Assembly: GCA_963840725.1 (NCBI GenBank)
Contig: CAWIZY010000007.1
Location: forward strand, 78,474-142,473
Direction of reading: 5' to 3'
Length of the DNA: 64,000 nucleotides
Origin: an uncultured Gammaproteobacteria bacterium
Lineage (GTDB): Bacteria > Pseudomonadota > Gammaproteobacteria > Pseudomonadales > Halieaceae
Shown here: one piece after another, positions 1 through 9,969 of the stretch
Layout: each line of letters starts with the position of its first letter
Position numbering within the stretch: position 1 is the stretch's first letter
Program-made: the position numbers and the translations under genes
Notes under the pieces: model-generated
What the model saw: the letters and a program-made list of their open reading frames with translations, nothing else
Told to the model about the DNA's origin: nothing
Database searches by the model: none

Positions 1-305
1 GCGGTTGTTCAACGCAGTTCGTCGATCACTGGCTCGCCTTGCTGGCTGACCGGGGCAGGCTTGAGGAGTTGTCACACAGGGTTGCGAACGACATGGTCGA
101 GTTTATCGAAGTGCAGAACCCACGAATGGTTATCTTCAATGAGTACGCAAGTTGGCGCCAGGAGAGCCGGGGTCTGGGTGATATCCACGGCGCCTGTATG
201 ACTCTACTGCGAACGCTTCGCGATGAACTGCGTCACCGATTACCCCGGGGTCGCTACGGGTGGCGAATAGAGAATCTGGCGAATGCCCATTGGCTGGTCA
301 GCTAG
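1..305 (+). CDS. 3' end of an upstream ORF (hypothetical protein), apparently the first visible gene of the TIR-like/macro/DUF4071 operon
   Basis: Frame 3 is open from base 3 to the TAG at 303-305, so the listed 88-aa ORF is only the tail of a longer protein that starts outside the window. It ends 5 nt before the ATG at 310. No family recognised. Confidence 0.45.
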   Translation, partial: GCSTQFVDHWLALLADRGRLEELSHRVANDMVEFIEVQNPRMVIFNEYASWRQESRGLGDIHGACMTLLRTLRDELRHRLPRGRYGWRIENLANAHWLVS

Positions 306-309
306 CCCC

Positions 310-1485
310 ATGGAGCCCGATAGCGCCAGGACCTGCTTTGTTATTATGCCGTTCGGTGTGAAACGCGACGCGGCGGGCACCGAAGTCGATTTTGATGCGG
401 TCTACGAGACGATTATCAGGCCGTCCGCCACCGGTCTCGGCTTTGCGCCTCTGCGATGTGACGAAATCCAGCGCGCCGGCTCTATCCATCGCGATATGTT
501 TCACCATATCGCCGTCGATGAATTGGCCATCGTTGATATCACCATGCTGAACCCGAACGTCTTTTATGAACTGGGCGTTCGTCATGCATTGCGGCCGTCT
601 ATCACTATTATGATGAAGCAACGGGACGTAGCAGTGCCTTTCAATATTCAGGGTCAGCGCCTGGTAGAGTATCCGCCGGTTGGAGAGGATCCGGCCCAGG
701 CGATAGCCGCAATCAAGGCATTCATTGAGGCAGGTGGTGAGTCATCCCGGCCGGACAGCCCGATTTTCAATATCCTTGCAGAGGCGCGCAAGGACTGGAA
801 AGCGGCCCGTATCGAAGAGACACGGCGTTATCGATACCGCCTTCGCAAGCAGCCGGAGAAGGAGATAGAGATCATTACCGGCGATATTCGACATCTGGAT
901 GGTATAGAGGTTTGGGTGAATTCTGAAAACACCAACCTGCAGATGTCGCGGTTCTTCGACCGTTCGCTCTCCGCCATGATTCGTTATGAGGGAGCGCTGA
1001 AAGATGACAACGGTGAAATTCAGCAGGATATCATTGCCGAAGAACTCGCGGCGAGCAAAGGGACGCGGGAATCAGTGTCGCCTGGATCGGTCTACGTTAC
1101 CGGGGCCGGTGCACTGGCGGCTACCCATGGCGTAAGAAAAATATTGCACGCGGCGACGGTGGTTGGTGCGCCCGGGACCGGTTATCAGTCGATGCCGGAG
1201 GTGGAGCGGTGTGTCGCCCGAGTTCTGCACAGAATGGATAAGTTGAGCACCGCAGAGCAGCCATTGCAGAGTGTTGTATTCCCGATGCTGGGAACTGGCG
1301 CCGGCGGTGGGTCTGTTTACGCTGTAGCCCCACGATTGCTGTCTGGCGCGATAGATTACCTGGTTCAGAATCCGGACAGCCAGGTAAACAGGGTCTGTTT
1401 CTCGGCGTGGAATCAGCGGGACCAGGAGGCCTGTTTGATGGCGCTCAGCACGATGCAAGAAATTGAAGCCATCCCGCATGGATAA
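310..1485 (+). CDS. Two-domain protein: N-terminal TIR-like/nucleoside 2-deoxyribosyltransferase-like domain plus C-terminal macro (ADP-ribose binding/processing) domain
   Basis: 391-aa ORF from ATG 310; the alternative ATG at 283 overlaps the upstream stop. The N-terminal ~170 aa ('CFVIMPFG..DFDAVYETIIRP..LAIVDITMLNPNVFYELGVRHAL') has the layout of TIR-like/deoxyribosyltransferase-like Rossmannoid domains. The C-terminal ~200 aa carries macro-like motifs 'ITGDI..IEVWVNSENTNL', 'VTGAGAL..KILHAATV' and 'VVFPMLGTGAGGG'. Domain calls are by eye, not by HMM. Confidence 0.65.
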   Translation: MEPDSARTCFVIMPFGVKRDAAGTEVDFDAVYETIIRPSATGLGFAPLRCDEIQRAGSIHRDMFHHIAVDELAIVDITMLNPNVFYELGVRHALRPSITIMMKQRDVAVPFNIQGQRLVEYPPVGEDPAQAIAAIKAFIEAGGESSRPDSPIFNILAEARKDWKAARIEETRRYRYRLRKQPEKEIEIITGDIRHLDGIEVWVNSENTNLQMSRFFDRSLSAMIRYEGALKDDNGEIQQDIIAEELAASKGTRESVSPGSVYVTGAGALAATHGVRKILHAATVVGAPGTGYQSMPEVERCVARVLHRMDKLSTAEQPLQSVVFPMLGTGAGGGSVYAVAPRLLSGAIDYLVQNPDSQVNRVCFSAWNQRDQEACLMALSTMQEIEAIPHG

Positions 1486-1589
1486 TCAGCGCCAGCATAA
1501 GCTGTCCGGTACCCGGGCCAGCGGCCACTCGGGTGCCGGGTGCGGCCCTCGCGCTTGGGAAGCGGGGCGCTGTCCACCGCAACTGCACT

Positions 1590-2948
1590 ATGAATAAACC
1601 GATCTGCCTGGTGGTGTTTCCGGTGGGTCAGTCCGATGACAGCCCACTGGACAGGAGCCACTTTGACCGTGTCTTTGAGCGCGCTGTCGGGCCCGCCGCA
1701 GAGGCCATGGGCATGCTGGCGATCAGGGCTGACGATTCTATGGTCTCCGTAACCGGCGGTTCAGTGTTACTCGATCAACTGGCCCTGGCTGATTTCGCCC
1801 TGATTGATGTCAGTGCCGGTGGCGCGCGGGCGCTGTATAGTCTCGGTGTCCGGGCGGCATTGCACGCGGGGAGCAACCAGCTGATGTTCGCCGAGACTCA
1901 CCCGCCCGGGTTTGCTGTCGATACGCAGGATGCGGTGCGTTACCGGCAAAACTCAGAGGGCGAATTTGGCGAGGCAGAGGCAGTCAGCCTGCGGGTCGCG
2001 TTGCAGCGCCGGATGCCAACGCAGTTCGGAGGGGCCGGTCGCCAGGGTGGGGCAGACAATCCTCTCGCCCGGCTGCTACTGCCCTGGCGCCCGCCGCTGA
2101 TCGCCCGCCTGAAGACCGATGTGTTTCGTGATCAGGTGGTCTACTCACATGTCTTGAAAGAGCGCTTGGCAGGCGCGCGTCAAGAGCGCGACTTCGATGC
2201 ACTGGCGCAGATTGAACGCGAGCTCGGTGACATGGGCGGGATCGAAACTGCGCTGCTCGTCGATCTTCTCTTGTCGTATCGGGCAGTTGACGCCTGGCAG
2301 GGTATGGTCGACCTGGTATCGCGCCTGCCGGCCCTGGTGCGCGCCACCGTGCTGGTGCGTGAACAACTGGGTTTTGCGCTCAACCGCCTGGGGCGGGGTG
2401 AGGAGGCACTCGCCGTATTACAGACAGTACTCGATGAACAGGGTCCCAGTTCCGAGACCTGCCCCCTGATAGGACGAGTCTACAAAGACCGGTGGCTGGC
2501 GGCGCGGCAGGCAGGTGATGCAGAGGCGGCCGCAGTGGCGCTGGATCGAGCCATCAGCGCCTATGTCAGCGGGTTTGAGGCTGACTGCAGAGATTCGTAC
2601 CCCGGTATCAATGCCCTTACTTTGTTAGACCTGCGTGGAGATGCCGGGTCACAGGCACAAAAGCAACGGCTGTTACCCATCGTGGCCTATGCGGTTGATC
2701 GCCGTATTGGCTCCGGTGATGCCGATTACTGGGACTATGCAACCCGTCTTGAGCTGTCGGTGCTGGCCGATGACGCCACCGCCGCTGAGCTCGCCCTGGC
2801 GGATGCGTTGCTGCAGGTGCGGGAATCCTGGGAGCCGAAAAATACGCTGGGTAATCTTTGCCTGATACGCGCTGAACGTCGAATCCGCGGCGACCACCAG
2901 GCCTGGCTGGATGACATCATTGTGCAGTTGGAAAGGGCTTCAAGCTAG
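1590..2948 (+). CDS. DUF4071-like (MAP3K TRAF-binding-like/TPR helical repeat) protein with an N-terminal TIR-like/deoxyribosyltransferase-like domain
   Basis: 452-aa ORF from ATG 1590; an in-frame upstream start at 1533 is possible. The N-terminus ('ICLVVFPVG..FDRVFERAVGP..FALIDVSAGGARALYSLGVRAAL') is paralogous to the N-domain of the preceding gene, with the Glu of YELG replaced by Ser. The helical C-terminal half with 'DSYPGINALTLLDL' resembles DUF4071 proteins. Confidence 0.6.
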   Translation: MNKPICLVVFPVGQSDDSPLDRSHFDRVFERAVGPAAEAMGMLAIRADDSMVSVTGGSVLLDQLALADFALIDVSAGGARALYSLGVRAALHAGSNQLMFAETHPPGFAVDTQDAVRYRQNSEGEFGEAEAVSLRVALQRRMPTQFGGAGRQGGADNPLARLLLPWRPPLIARLKTDVFRDQVVYSHVLKERLAGARQERDFDALAQIERELGDMGGIETALLVDLLLSYRAVDAWQGMVDLVSRLPALVRATVLVREQLGFALNRLGRGEEALAVLQTVLDEQGPSSETCPLIGRVYKDRWLAARQAGDAEAAAVALDRAISAYVSGFEADCRDSYPGINALTLLDLRGDAGSQAQKQRLLPIVAYAVDRRIGSGDADYWDYATRLELSVLADDATAAELALADALLQVRESWEPKNTLGNLCLIRAERRIRGDHQAWLDDIIVQLERASS

Positions 2949-3057
2949 CTTGAACTGCGCGACGCAGAGGATAACGTGGCACACTATCGGCAGCCGTTTG
3001 CAGTGCAGGGCTGCCAAGGCACGCTACCGATCCCACCATGGATTTACAGGCGATAAC

Positions 3058-3441
3058 ATGAGTTTCAGTATTACATTGACCCCGCGCTTCTATGAGACCG
3101 ACGCGCTCGGACATATCAATAACGCCGCTATCGCCGCCTGGTTTGAAGTGGTGCGTATCGGCTGGTTGGAATCGCTCACGGGCAGTGCGGTCGGGATCGA
3201 CAAGAACTGGGTCCTGGCGTCGCTCAAGCTGGATTTCGTCGCCGAGACGTTTTACGGCTCAGACGTCACCGCTAGCGTGACGGATGCCAGCGTTGGCAAT
3301 AGCTCACTGACTGTGCATTGCGAAATGTCTCAGAACCAGCGGATTACGGTGCGGGGAACGGCGGTGCTGGTGCATTTGAACCTGCAGACCAAGGAAACCC
3401 TGCGGATTGCTGACAGCCTGCGCAAACAGCTGCCTCAGTAG
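3058..3441 (+). CDS. Acyl-CoA thioesterase, hotdog fold (4HBT/YbgC-like)
   Basis: 127 aa from the internal ATG at 3058. 'RFYETDALGHINNAAIAAWFE' is the typical 4HBT thioesterase N-terminal motif. The ORF-track start at 2911 would add an unlikely 49-aa leader overlapping the previous gene. Confidence 0.75.
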   Translation: MSFSITLTPRFYETDALGHINNAAIAAWFEVVRIGWLESLTGSAVGIDKNWVLASLKLDFVAETFYGSDVTASVTDASVGNSSLTVHCEMSQNQRITVRGTAVLVHLNLQTKETLRIADSLRKQLPQ

Positions 3442-3488
3442 CCTCATTTGCGGTCTGCTGGGCCGCTGGATCTGCCGCGTCCCGGGTA

Positions 3489-4250
3489 TTACGCTCCCAG
3501 GGCGCGCCGGTAGGCCGCGACGGCACTGGCCAGGCCGATGCTCAGCGCGTCCACCGTGAGTGCATGTCCGATGGAGACCTCCAGGAGTCCGGGAACAGCG
3601 GCAAACCGCGGCAGGTTGTGCAGATCGAGGTCGTGACCAGCGTTTAATCCCAACCCCTCTTCGGCGGCCACTTCTGCGGCGATAAGGTAGCGACGGAATA
3701 CGGCGTCGATCGCTGTATTGGTGCTGCAGGCGCGGGCGTAGGCCTCGGTGTACAGCTCAATACGATCGGTGCCGGTCTGCGCTGCCAATCGGATCTGTTC
3801 GGGGTCAGGGTCCATAAATAAGCTGGTCCGAATGCCCAGCGCCTGCAGCTGGCTTACCAGGGGCGCGATCCGGTCGCCGTCCCGTTTGAGGTCAAAGCCG
3901 TGGTCGGAGGTTAGCTGTCCGTCTCCGTCAGGCACCAGCGTGCACTGTGTGGGCCGTATCTCACTGACCAGTGCAAGGAAACCCGGATAGTCGCTAACGC
4001 CGCGTCTGTCGCTGGCACGTGGCCCGGTGAAGGGATTGCCCTCAATATTAAACTCCACCGCCAGAGCAGCGGCCAGGTCAAAGCAATCCTGCACTCTGAT
4101 GTGGCGCTGGTCGGGACGCGGGTGGACGGTAATGCCCTCTGCGCCAGCCTCCACACAGATACGGGCATGGCGGGGAATGTCCGGATTAGTGGTGTCCCGG
4201 GAATTGCGAATCAGGGCGATCTTGTTCAGATTGACGCTGAGGGCAATCAC
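3489..4250 (-). CDS. pdxJ: Pyridoxine 5'-phosphate synthase
   Basis: 253 aa. 'LSVNLNKIALIRNSR', 'ITVHPRPDQRHI' and 'IELYT..YA' are PdxJ-like, and the length is typical. Confidence 0.9.
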   Translation of the reverse strand: MIALSVNLNKIALIRNSRDTTNPDIPRHARICVEAGAEGITVHPRPDQRHIRVQDCFDLAAALAVEFNIEGNPFTGPRASDRRGVSDYPGFLALVSEIRPTQCTLVPDGDGQLTSDHGFDLKRDGDRIAPLVSQLQALGIRTSLFMDPDPEQIRLAAQTGTDRIELYTEAYARACSTNTAIDAVFRRYLIAAEVAAEEGLGLNAGHDLDLHNLPRFAAVPGLLEVSIGHALTVDALSIGLASAVAAYRRALGA

Positions 4251-4819
4251 AGCAAGCTCTTGCGTACGATCTCGAGAATGACAATGGGCTCGGTGGGGAC
4301 ATCGCTGTAAGGGCCCAGTTTCTGCACCGGCGCAGAGGCAATGAAGTCCACTACGTTCATGCCCTCTGTGACCTCACCGAACACGGTATAGCCCTCCTGG
4401 CCGGGCTGCCAGTCCAGTTGCAGATTGGTGCGCTGGTTGATGAAGAACTGGGCAGTAGCGGAATCGGGGTCGTTGAGGCGTGCCATCGCGATGGTGCCGC
4501 GTACATTGTGCAATTTGTTCCTGGATTCGTTAGCTATCGGCTCCCCGACCTCCTTTTCACTCATGTCCGGCATAAAGCCGCCACCCTGAATCATAAAGTT
4601 GGAGATGACGCGGTGAAAGATAGTGCCATTGTAGTGGCCGCTATCAACGTATTTGAGAAAGTTCTCCACGGTGACAGGCGCCTTGTCGCGAAACAGCCGC
4701 AGATGAAAATCGCCGTTGTTTGTCCTTATAGTGACCTGTGGGTTGGGTAGGCCAGTGTCTGCCGCCGCAGCCACCCCGGGCATAAGCAGGGCCGCGCCCA
4801 GCAGTAGTAGTTTCAGCAT
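4247..4819 (-). CDS. ppiA: Periplasmic cyclophilin-type peptidyl-prolyl cis-trans isomerase
   Basis: Start placed at 'MLKLLLLGAALLMPGVAAAAD' (signal peptide; ATG 4819). 'FHRVISNFMIQGGGF' is the cyclophilin signature. Confidence 0.9.
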   Translation of the reverse strand: MLKLLLLGAALLMPGVAAAADTGLPNPQVTIRTNNGDFHLRLFRDKAPVTVENFLKYVDSGHYNGTIFHRVISNFMIQGGGFMPDMSEKEVGEPIANESRNKLHNVRGTIAMARLNDPDSATAQFFINQRTNLQLDWQPGQEGYTVFGEVTEGMNVVDFIASAPVQKLGPYSDVPTEPIVILEIVRKSLL

Positions 4820-4838
4820 TGTGTTAATCGCTCCTGAG

Positions 4839-5528
4839 TCAGGCCCAACTGGAGCCGCCGCGGCGCCGTGGCCACAGTCTAGGCACCACCAGGGTGATAA
4901 TGACGCCAAGCAATACCGCCAGGGCGCCGTTGATGAAGGCTTCGCTATCCAGCTTGTCTTGCAGCCGCAGGTTCTCCGCTTCGAGCATTTCTACACTGGA
5001 TCGCAGCATCTCCGACTGCTCCACCAGTCGGCGGTTGTTGGCGTCCAACTGTATTGCATCGCCGGAGATCTGTTTGATGGCGGCAAGTTCATCATTGATG
5101 CTGTTGAATTCCACGCCGGTCGTCTCGAGTTGCTCACGCAGGGCATCACGCTCGGCGGTCAGGGCCGCCAGCTGCTGGTCGAAGGCGGCCTTCTCCAGCC
5201 CGAGTTCTTCAGCACGTGCGATCGCAGCATCCAGGCGCATTTTGGCCGGTAGCTCTCGCATGAGGTACTGGGTGCGAATCCAGCCCGTATTGCCCTTTGG
5301 CGTTGTGACTTCCGCCCAGACCTTGTCTTTAGAGGTGCGTGCGATTTTCAGTCGTGTGCCGGAGGGGATGCCACGGTGAATAACCCGGTAATCGCCGCCT
5401 GCACCGCTACGCAGCGGGATATATTGAACGTCGCTGACGTAACGGATGTCCTGGGCCCGGGTCACAGGGCTCCAGGTGAACGCCAGTGACAGGGCGAGCA
5501 GCAAGGGGAGCAAGTCGCGTCGCAACAT
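4839..5528 (-). CDS. SH3 domain protein of the TIGR04211/YgiM type (signal peptide, SH3, coiled coil, C-terminal TM)
   Basis: 229 aa. It has a signal peptide, 'YVSDVQYIPLRSG..GWIRTQYL' (SH3b), a long coiled coil and a C-terminal TM helix. Confidence 0.75.
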   Translation of the reverse strand: MLRRDLLPLLLALSLAFTWSPVTRAQDIRYVSDVQYIPLRSGAGGDYRVIHRGIPSGTRLKIARTSKDKVWAEVTTPKGNTGWIRTQYLMRELPAKMRLDAAIARAEELGLEKAAFDQQLAALTAERDALREQLETTGVEFNSINDELAAIKQISGDAIQLDANNRRLVEQSEMLRSSVEMLEAENLRLQDKLDSEAFINGALAVLLGVIITLVVPRLWPRRRGGSSWA

Positions 5529-5599
5529 GGAGTGTCCGATGGTTTTCTGCCAATGAATGGGGCGGTATTGTACCGGAAGTTTGCGCCGCTGTGCGTATG

Positions 5600-5899
5600 T
5601 TAAGGCAGCACCGGTTTGAATGGTTTGACGGTAACCCGGGTAAAAACGCCGGCTTCCACGTAGGGGTCCGCATCCGCCCAGGCCGTTGCTGCCTCCAGGC
5701 TGTCGAATTCAGCAATGATCAGGCTGCCGGTAAAGCCGGCCTCACCCGGGTCCGGTGTATCCGCTGCCGGATGCGGCCCGGCGGCAAGTACCCGGCCGGC
5801 CTCGACCAGTAACTGGATTCGAGCCAAGTGTGCGGGTCTCGCTCGCTGGCGCAGAGGCAGGCTGTTTTCCACGTCTTCGCAGAGTATGGCGTAGTACAT
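5600..5899 (-). CDS. yciI: YciI family protein
   Basis: 99 aa. '[10 protein letters not shown]...RPAHLARI..L...G' has the YciI-like layout, and the gene is adjacent to yciB. Confidence 0.85.
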   Translation of the reverse strand: MYYAILCEDVENSLPLRQRARPAHLARIQLLVEAGRVLAAGPHPAADTPDPGEAGFTGSLIIAEFDSLEAATAWADADPYVEAGVFTRVTVKPFKPVLP

Positions 5900-5908
5900 A
5901 TACGGGCC

Positions 5909-6496
5909 TTATTTTTCGGTCACTTCCTGTTCTTTCAGGTGCGGCGACACCAGCACCGCAGTGAGTACTGTCAGCAGCAGGGTGAATCCAATAGCAGAAT
6001 ACAGTTTATAACTCACCCAGGTGGCTTCGCTGAATGAGTAAGCAACGTAGAGGTTGAGGGCGCCGACTATGGCAAAATTGCTGACCCATAACCAGTTGAG
6101 TCGACTCCATACAGGCCCCGGCAGTTGCAATTGACTTCCCAGCGTGCGTTCCATGAGGTTTTTTTCACCGACAAACTGTGACGCGCCGAAGACGAGCGCC
6201 AGTGCCCAATTGAAAATGGTCGGCTTCCACTGGATAAAAACCTGATTGCGAAATACCAGCGTAGCGCCACCGAACAGCACCACAGCCGCCAGCATCCAAA
6301 GCAGGCGTTTCTCCAACTTGCGCGTGAGTGCCCAGGTGATAGCCACCTGAATCACGGTCGCTGTCATCAATACGGCGGTGGCGGTAAAAATACCGTCAAA
6401 GGTGTATTTCCAGTCTCCCAAGTGCACCGTCTCGCCGTCCAGCTGATAGACGATAAAGAACAGGGCGATAGGAACGAACTCAAGTAATTGCCGCAT
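5909..6496 (-). CDS. yciB: Intracellular septation protein A (YciB/IspZ)
   Basis: Start placed at 'MRQLLEFVPIALFFIVYQ' (ATG 6496). Polytopic membrane protein of about 195 aa. Confidence 0.85.
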   Translation of the reverse strand: MRQLLEFVPIALFFIVYQLDGETVHLGDWKYTFDGIFTATAVLMTATVIQVAITWALTRKLEKRLLWMLAAVVLFGGATLVFRNQVFIQWKPTIFNWALALVFGASQFVGEKNLMERTLGSQLQLPGPVWSRLNWLWVSNFAIVGALNLYVAYSFSEATWVSYKLYSAIGFTLLLTVLTAVLVSPHLKEQEVTEK

Positions 6497-6610
6497 GGCA
6501 GATGATCGGCTCCGGCATGTTATCATGCGTGTTTGCTAGGTGGATGCGCAAAGATAGCCGGAACCGCACACGATGGCAAAGCCAATTAACCGAAGTCGAG
6601 GTCCCGTGAC

Positions 6611-7480
6611 GTGTTGATCGATTTACATACCCATAGCACTGCCTCCGATGGAGCGTTGACGCCGGTTGAACTGGTCGAACGTGCCATTGCGGCGAACGTG
6701 GAGCAGTTGGCTATCACTGACCACGACTGTGTGAACGGGTTTGTGGCTGCGCAAGCGTACTGCAGAGACCGGAATCCGACCCTGCGACTGGTGCCCGGGG
6801 TTGAGTTCTCCTGTCGTTGGTCCGGCACGACCATCCATATCCTGGGGCTGGGTATGATGGTGGAGCACCCCGCCATGGAAGAGGGGCTGGCGGTGCTCGC
6901 ACGCGCAAGAATCGACCGCGGTGAGAAGATCGGAAAGCGCCTGGCGAAGCTCGGCTTTGCCGGCGCGCTGAATGGCGCTCAGGCCCTGGCCGGGTCCAGT
7001 CAGCTGGGTCGGCCACATTTTGCCGACTGGATGGTGGCGCAGGGACATGTTGCAGACGCTCAGGAGGCTTTTGAGCGCTATCTTGGTCAGGGTAAAACGG
7101 GCGATGTGAAAGCCTTCTGGCCGGAGTTGGCCGACGCGGTGAGTTGGATTACCAATGCCGGTGGTGTGGCGGTGGTTGCCCACCCGCTGAAATACCGATT
7201 CACCCGCGCAAAGCTGCGACGACTGATTGCTGACTTTGTCGCGGCGGGCGGAGCAGGGGTAGAGGCGATATCGGGTCGTCAGGCGACCGGCCAGCTTTCC
7301 GGGCTGCTGCGGCTGGCGGCGGAGTTCGACCTGGAAGTATCGGCGGGCAGTGACTTCCATCGCGACAGCACCTACGGTGCCGACCTGGGCGTCGATGTGT
7401 CATCGCTGCGACGCGCTAAGGGGATTTGGGAGCGCTGGAGCGAGTCACCACTTCCCGAGCGGGTGATGGCCAGACAATAA
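6611..7480 (+). CDS. PHP-domain phosphoesterase (TrpH/YciV, RNase AM-like)
   Basis: 'IDLHTHSTASDGALTP' is the PHP motif. 289 aa, GTG start. Confidence 0.8.
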   Translation: MLIDLHTHSTASDGALTPVELVERAIAANVEQLAITDHDCVNGFVAAQAYCRDRNPTLRLVPGVEFSCRWSGTTIHILGLGMMVEHPAMEEGLAVLARARIDRGEKIGKRLAKLGFAGALNGAQALAGSSQLGRPHFADWMVAQGHVADAQEAFERYLGQGKTGDVKAFWPELADAVSWITNAGGVAVVAHPLKYRFTRAKLRRLIADFVAAGGAGVEAISGRQATGQLSGLLRLAAEFDLEVSAGSDFHRDSTYGADLGVDVSSLRRAKGIWERWSESPLPERVMARQ

Positions 7481-7507
7481 CAACAGAACAATAACGGACA
7501 ACAGAAC

Positions 7508-8131
7508 GTGAGCCAGTTTTTTCAGATACACCCCGACAACCCCCAGTCGCGTCTGATCCGTCAGGCCACGGATATCGTGCGAGCGGGCGGCGTGCTGGTC
7601 TATCCGACGGACTCAGCCTATGCCCTGGGTTGCCAGATTGGTAACAAAGGGGCAGTTGACCGCATCCGGCGGATCCGTAAGCTTGACGATCGCCACAATT
7701 TTACCCTGGTTTGTCGAGACCTCTCCGAGATCGCCGTCTATGCCAAGGTCGATAATGCCGCTTATCGCCTGCTCAAACACGCTACCCCCGGCCCCTATAC
7801 CTTTATCCTCAAGGCGACTTCGGAAGTGCCGCGGCGATTAATGCACCCAAAGCGCAAAACAGTGGGTTTGCGAGTACCGGAGAATCGGATCGCTCAGGCA
7901 TTGCTGGAGGATATGGGTGAGCCACTGATGAGTGTCACGCTTGTGATGCCCGGCGACGAGTACCCGTTGATAGACCCTTACGATATTCGCCAGACGCTGG
8001 AGCATGACGTGGACCTGGTCATTGATGGTGGTTACTGCGGTATGGAGCCGACGACTGTTGTCGACCTCGCCGATGAGACACCGGTAATGCTGCGGGTCGG
8101 CAAGGGAGATCCCGCGCCTTTTGAGGGTTGA
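7508..8131 (+). CDS. Sua5/YciO/YrdC family (L-threonylcarbamoyladenylate synthase-like, YciO type)
   Basis: 207 aa. 'GGVLVYPTDSAYALGC' and 'PGPYTFIL' are YrdC-fold motifs. Confidence 0.85.
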   Translation: MSQFFQIHPDNPQSRLIRQATDIVRAGGVLVYPTDSAYALGCQIGNKGAVDRIRRIRKLDDRHNFTLVCRDLSEIAVYAKVDNAAYRLLKHATPGPYTFILKATSEVPRRLMHPKRKTVGLRVPENRIAQALLEDMGEPLMSVTLVMPGDEYPLIDPYDIRQTLEHDVDLVIDGGYCGMEPTTVVDLADETPVMLRVGKGDPAPFEG

Positions 8132-8191
8132 TGAGGTATACTCGACCACTCAGAAAGTGCGCCTTACGGCGTTGCAGAATCAATTGCAGGT

Positions 8192-9064
8192 ATGGCCGTG
8201 TCCAGTGACGATTCCACCCCCGATACTTTACCACCGGTGAGCTCAGCGACCCAGGGCGATACCGCTGTGGCATTGCACCCGCAACAGAGCGAGATGCCCT
8301 TTGCCGTGGTGATGGGCAAAGCCGTTACTGAACTCCCCAAAGACCTGTATATACCGCCGCAGGCTTTGGAGGTGTTCCTGGAGGCCTTTGAAGGCCCGCT
8401 GGACCTGCTGCTATACCTGATCAAGCGTCAAAACCTCGATATTCTCGAAATCGATGTGTCGGAGATTACCGTCCAGTACATGCACTACGTCGAGTTGATG
8501 GACGCTATGCAGTTCGAACTGGCGTCGGAATACCTGCTGATGGCGGCCATGCTGGCCGAGATCAAGTCACGCATGTTGCTGCCCCGCTCAGTGGAAACCG
8601 ATGCGGAAGAGGAAGACCCGCGGGCACTGCTAATCCGCCGCCTGCAGGAGTATGAGCGTTTCAAAAAAGCCGCTGAGGATATCGAAGAGATGCCCCGCCT
8701 GGAGCGGGACACCTGGGTAGGCAGCGCTGAGCCGCCTCAGCTCGACCGCGCGAGGCCGGACCCCGAAGTGGATATGCGGGAATTGCTCCTTGCACTCGGT
8801 GGCGTGTTGCGCAGAGCCGATATGTATGAAAGTCACCATGTCCAGCGCGAGGCGCTCTCTACGCGCGAGCGTATGTCAGAAGTGCTCGCTCGTCTCTCGG
8901 GGCAGCAGTTTGTCCCGTTTGTCACGTTGTTTACTGCTCGGGAGGGGCGTCTGGGTGTGGTTGTGACATTTCTCGCCCTGATGGAGCTGATAAAGGAGTC
9001 GCTGGTGGAAATTGTGCAGACCGAGGATTTTGGTCCCATCCACGTCAAAGCGAGAGCGGAGTAA
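8192..9064 (+). CDS. scpA: Segregation and condensation protein A
   Basis: '[28 protein letters not shown]' is the ScpA hallmark. The N-terminal extent is uncertain. Confidence 0.85.
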   Translation: MAVSSDDSTPDTLPPVSSATQGDTAVALHPQQSEMPFAVVMGKAVTELPKDLYIPPQALEVFLEAFEGPLDLLLYLIKRQNLDILEIDVSEITVQYMHYVELMDAMQFELASEYLLMAAMLAEIKSRMLLPRSVETDAEEEDPRALLIRRLQEYERFKKAAEDIEEMPRLERDTWVGSAEPPQLDRARPDPEVDMRELLLALGGVLRRADMYESHHVQREALSTRERMSEVLARLSGQQFVPFVTLFTAREGRLGVVVTFLALMELIKESLVEIVQTEDFGPIHVKARAE

Positions 9065-9065
9065 C

Positions 9066-9956
9066 ATGTCCGAAACAGGCTTGATACAGATTCTCGAAGG
9101 CGCTCTGCTGGCCGCCGGTAAGCCGCTGACGGTCGCCCAGCTCGAGGACCTTTTTGAGGACCAGGCGAGACCTGGCAAAGAGGCGATCAAAGCGGCCCTG
9201 GCGGAGATTGCGGGGCGCTGTGAGGATCGTGGGTTTGAGCTGACAGAGGTAGCGAGTGGTTTCCGTTTTCAGGTGCGCCAGAGTCTGAGCCCCTGGGTGG
9301 CACGCCTGTGGCACGAGCGTCCCCAGAAGTACTCCAGGGCATTGTTGGAGACCCTCGCATTGATCGCCTACCGACAACCTATAACCCGCGGTGAGATTGA
9401 AGAAATCCGGGGCGTGGCAGTCAGCAGTAATATTATCAAGACCTTACATGAGCGCGAGTGGATTCGGGTTGTCGGCCACCGCGATGTGCCCGGGCGCCCG
9501 GCTATGTACGCGACAACCCGCCAGTTTCTGGATTACTTCAGCCTGAAGAGCCTGGACCAGTTGCCGGCATTGGCCGAGATCCGTGACCTGGAAACACTCA
9601 ATGCGGAGCTGGGCTTCAATGAACCATTGCCGGAGAGTCTGGTTCAGGACGCGCCGGGCGGCGAGCCGGATGGAGGCAGTGTTGATGATGCTGACTCTGC
9701 GCCGGGTTTGACGCTGGTCGGTGGCCGAGACCACAAACCCGATGTCTCCCTCGAGGAATTGTCTGCTGTTGGATTGGCAGCCGGCAGTGCAGTTCATGAC
9801 GTGAGCCCGGCGACGGACCTGGACGTCGAATCGGCCGCAGCTGTTGAGGGTGAGGGTGAGACTGAGCGGACTGCGGGAACCGCCGCATCCCAGTCGGATG
9901 AGTTGCCTGCCGAGGACGAAACAGCGGCAGATACCCAGCCTGAGTCACGACATTGA
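9066..9956 (+). CDS. scpB: SMC-Scp complex subunit ScpB with an acidic C-terminal tail
   Basis: ATG at 9066 sits 2 nt after the scpA stop. '[15 protein letters not shown]' and '[23 protein letters not shown]' are ScpB motifs. Confidence 0.85.
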   Translation: MSETGLIQILEGALLAAGKPLTVAQLEDLFEDQARPGKEAIKAALAEIAGRCEDRGFELTEVASGFRFQVRQSLSPWVARLWHERPQKYSRALLETLALIAYRQPITRGEIEEIRGVAVSSNIIKTLHEREWIRVVGHRDVPGRPAMYATTRQFLDYFSLKSLDQLPALAEIRDLETLNAELGFNEPLPESLVQDAPGGEPDGGSVDDADSAPGLTLVGGRDHKPDVSLEELSAVGLAAGSAVHDVSPATDLDVESAAAVEGEGETERTAGTAASQSDELPAEDETAADTQPESRH

Positions 9957-9969
9957 GATGGGGTAAATA

